Assembly (NCBI GenBank): GCA_036479435.1
Contig: JAZGFI010000170.1
Location: 66,437 to 130,436 of the forward strand
Direction of reading: 5' to 3'
DNA: 64,000 bases
Source: Planctomycetota bacterium
GTDB taxonomy: Bacteria > Planctomycetota > GCA-002687715 > DRQF01
In this document: positions 61,092 to 64,000 of the stretch, piece by piece
Numbering within the stretch: position 1 is the stretch's first letter
How the letters are laid out: each line of letters begins with the position of its first letter
Position numbers and translations under genes: made by a program
Notes under the pieces: model-generated
Seen by the model: the letters and a program-made list of their open reading frames with translations, nothing else
What the model was told of the DNA's origin: nothing
The model's database searches: none

Positions 61092-61418
61092 TTGGCTAAG
61101 AAAACTACGAAGAAACGGGCGACCAAAAAAAAGGCCGTCCGCAAAACCACCAAGAAGAAGGCCGTGAAGAAAAAGGCCACGAAGAAAAAGGCCACTCGCA
61201 AGAAGGCCACTAAGAAGAAGGCCACTAAGAAGAAGGCCACTAAGAAGAAGGCCACCAAGAAGAAGGCCACTAAGAAGAAGGCCACTAAGAAGAAGGCCAC
61301 CAAGAAGAAGGCCACGAAGAAAAAGGCTACTCGCAAAAAAGCCACCAAGAAGAAGGCCACTCGCAAGAAGGCCACGAAGAAAAAGGCGACACGCAAAAAA
61401 GCTACGCGTCGCCGATAG
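61092..61418 (+). CDS. Histone-H1-like Lys/Ala/Thr-repeat nucleoid protein
   Basis: AAGGAG RBS then TTG; tandem KKKAT/RKKAT pentapeptides with synonymous third-position variation. Confidence 0.85.
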   Translation: MAKKTTKKRATKKKAVRKTTKKKAVKKKATKKKATRKKATKKKATKKKATKKKATKKKATKKKATKKKATKKKATKKKATRKKATKKKATRKKATKKKATRKKATRRR

Positions 61419-61424
61419 AACGGA

Positions 61425-61538
61425 AGCGACACTCCTTTACGGGTCTGTCGCTTTTGCTGATCTAAGCGAGCCTCTCCTTCGGGAAGGGCTCGCTTTTTTG
61501 TGCACGCCTCTCCTTCGGGAAGGGCTCGCTTTTTTGTG
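61425..61538 (+). terminator. Stacked terminators including a 33-bp direct duplication
   Basis: Hairpin 61425-61455, then gcctctccttcgggaagggctcgcttttttgtg at 61470-61502 and again at 61506-61538. Confidence 0.8.
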
Positions 61539-61695
61539 GGTGCAACTCACTCGGTGAGGGCTCGCTACTTATTCGAGCTTGGGGCGTCAGGAAAGCCCTG
61601 GGGCGACTCAATCCAAAGAAACTAGACGGTTCACCCAAAGCTTCGTATCCTGCCTGGGCTCGTGTGCGTTTTTATTCTGCGATTGGACTTCACTC

Positions 61696-63042
61696 ATGAT
61701 TCGAAAAATGTCATGGCATCTTGGTCGCTCGCACCGCGGTCGTGGGCTGAAGGTAGAGCTTTGGGTTGGCGTGCTTTTGTTCGCCCTGATTTCCACGGCC
61801 TCAAGCCAGGGGCGAGAAGCCGAAGACGTCTATGACTTTGGCGGCAAGCCGCGAGTAAAACGCAGCTACAAGCGCGACGGAAAGCTGATCGTCGACAACG
61901 ACTTTTATTGCAGCGCCTGTGCCAAAGAAAAACGCATCGCTCACAAACATCGCGATGACATGGCGCACATCTTGGAGTTCGACAAATCCTTCAATCCCAA
62001 GCGATCCGACGGCACAACGAAAGGGCACTTCGGAACCTTTCGCATGATGGAGCAAGAAGGGGAGAGCATGCTGTCCTTTTTGCGAACCCAGACGAAGTCA
62101 AAGAAAGGCGTCTTCATCGAAGACCGGAACTTCCGGGTCTATTCAGACCTGCCCTCAGTCCACACCAAAAAGAAGCCCTACCGCCGCCGTCTCGAAGAGC
62201 TCGAAGAACTCAACGAGGTCTTTCCGAAGGTCACGGATAAAACGATCGTCTTAAACTCTCATCAACGGGCCCATCAGTGTCTCGTTCGGGTGCGCCGCAT
62301 CCGTCGCGAGTTCCAGGCCTTGATGCGGTACAACCCGAAGAAGCAACCGTTTTCCTACTTGGGCCCGTGGATGGGGCTAGACCAAAAGTATGAGATATAC
62401 GTCTTCGCAAAGAAGAAGTCCTACTTCCTCTTCCTGCAGCGCTTTTTGGGCAAAGCATCCAAGGATTCCGATGGGATCACTTGGCACAACCTCAAAGACA
62501 AGTCGATGGTGGTGGCTCTTCACGCCGAAGGACTTTCCGACACGGACCTCAACAACGCTTTGACGCATCGCTTCGCCTACGCCTTGATCACCGGCTATTC
62601 GCAATACCGTTACGACTTGCCGGCTTGGTTGGCCTTGGGCTACGCCCATTTGATGGAGCGTCGCGAGCGCAGCGACTTCGACACCTTGATCTTCGGTGAA
62701 GGCAAGACCCCGAAATGGAACTGGCCGAGTAAGTGGAAACCCCATGTCCGGCGAAAGATCACGTCTCGCAAGGTTCCCTCGCTCTCTTCCTACGCCCAGA
62801 AAGACCGCGTCAACGACCTCGTGCCGAATAACCACCCATTGGCCTGGAGTCTGGTCTCTTTCCTCGTGCAGCACGATCAGAAGGCCTTCTCGCGCCTCGT
62901 GACGACGCTGAAGACGAAGAAAGACCGCGAAAGCACCCGAGACTTGGTCATTCGCGCCCTAAAAGTCGGTTACAAGATGTCGATTTTGCAGTTAGACGCT
63001 CGTTGGCAGGACTGGGTCAAAGAGACTTACCCCAAAAACTGA
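61696..63042 (+). CDS. Secreted basic protein resembling peptidase-MA/DUF1570 zincins, motif degenerate
   Basis: Signal peptide; CSAC; LTHRFAY and LPAWLALGYA; AWSLVSFL, WQDWV; start uncertain. Confidence 0.6.
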   Translation: MIRKMSWHLGRSHRGRGLKVELWVGVLLFALISTASSQGREAEDVYDFGGKPRVKRSYKRDGKLIVDNDFYCSACAKEKRIAHKHRDDMAHILEFDKSFNPKRSDGTTKGHFGTFRMMEQEGESMLSFLRTQTKSKKGVFIEDRNFRVYSDLPSVHTKKKPYRRRLEELEELNEVFPKVTDKTIVLNSHQRAHQCLVRVRRIRREFQALMRYNPKKQPFSYLGPWMGLDQKYEIYVFAKKKSYFLFLQRFLGKASKDSDGITWHNLKDKSMVVALHAEGLSDTDLNNALTHRFAYALITGYSQYRYDLPAWLALGYAHLMERRERSDFDTLIFGEGKTPKWNWPSKWKPHVRRKITSRKVPSLSSYAQKDRVNDLVPNNHPLAWSLVSFLVQHDQKAFSRLVTTLKTKKDRESTRDLVIRALKVGYKMSILQLDARWQDWVKETYPKN

Positions 63043-63944
63043 GAACCAGCCGGTCAGCTCGGAGTCTGCGAAGCCGACGAGGCATTGGAATTGGCGCTCG
63101 AAGAACTTTGGGAGCAAGGCTATCGGGCGACTTCGACGGCGGACCTTTTGGGCTGCATGGGGATTCAAAAAGGCAGTTTCTACGCGACTTTTGGCAGCAA
63201 GCACGAGATCTTTGTTGCCGACCTATGCCGCTACACCCTTCGTCGATTTCAGGATTTCGAATGCCGGCTCGAGGGTTTGTCGCCTCGGTCCGCCATCCTC
63301 GAGATGTTCAGCATCGTTGATGCGGAATGCCGGTCACGAGACGGAAAACGCGGCTGTTTTCTCGTCAACATGGCCTTGGCGTTTGCACGCGAGGGGGCCA
63401 AGGTCGCCATTGGGGCGCGCCGCGAGGCGGAAGGTCAAGATGTGGTGCGCGAAATCAAAGCCGCGGGTGGAGAGGCGATCTTCGTGAAGACCGACGTCAG
63501 CAAACCCGACGAGGTCGCGAATCTTGTTGATTCGACGATCAGCGCTTGGGGCCACTTGGAAATCGCGTTCAACAACGCCGGCACCGAAGGAGCAGGACTG
63601 GCGCCGATCGCTGAGGACTCATCGGAAAACGTCCAGATTGTCATGGATATCAACGTGATGGGCGTTTGGAATTCGATGCGGGCGGAGATCCCGCATCTGA
63701 GCGAGCGAGGCGGCGTCATCATCAATACCCCTCGGTGGTAGGCAACCGCGGCTTCGGCGCCTTTGCAGCCTATGCCGCATCGAAGTTCGCGGTTGAGGGG
63801 CTTTCGCGGTCGGCGGCGCAGGAACTCGCGCGTACCAAGATCCGAGTCAACACGGTGGCGCCCGGTCCGGTCGACTGTAAGCACCCACGCATCTTGAGGT
63901 CCCCAGCATCGCGCTATTTGAGGCCGCTGTTGGCCTTCAAGTAA
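63043..63944 (+). pseudogene. Chimeric TetR/SDR pseudogene
   Basis: TetR HTH to GCFLVN fused in frame to an SDR lacking GxxxGxG; frameshift near 63730 precedes YAASK and RVNTVAPG. Confidence 0.82.
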
Positions 63945-64000
63945 GTGAGGCCCACGCCGAGTTCCCTCGTCGTGAGCCTCTTAGCCCGAAGGCTTCCGAG

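Noticed and set aside
60989..61432. Minus-strand hydrophobic VAFFL-repeat ORF
   Set aside because: Antisense shadow of the Lys-rich gene, which has the RBS and downstream terminators

Overview
GC-rich bacterial chromosomal segment, very likely Planctomycetota (PVC-signature small basic protein at 57172, groEL-groES-groEL layout, NPCBM/VWA/carboxypeptidase-regulatory-like secreted proteins). Most of it is core genome: hemB, htpG, aas, birA, putP-like symporter, recC-recB-recD, a chaperone operon (groEL-groES-groEL-dnaJ-grpE-FmdB-like-yacG), pdxA, queE and der. A small decayed islet at ~30.85-33.35 kb holds an orphan 3' tRNA-Gly(CCC) att fragment, a truncated HATPase_c_4/HTH gene and an RHH-GNAT-XRE operon, and its flanks show mirror-image C/G skew. 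The best novelty candidates are: (1) an unannotated ~283-nt structured RNA with a consensus sigma70 promoter and its own terminator, directly upstream of a catalytically dead transferrin-receptor/PSMA-like M28 lipoprotein operon; (2) a shared sigma54-like promoter plus paired TGMCA-N3-TGKCA boxes upstream of hsp20 and the groEL operon; (3) the RHH-GNAT-XRE module; (4) a second structured RNA leader at ~56.1-56.3 kb; (5) a perfect 75-bp REP-like palindrome. All calls come from reading motifs by eye. No database search was run.
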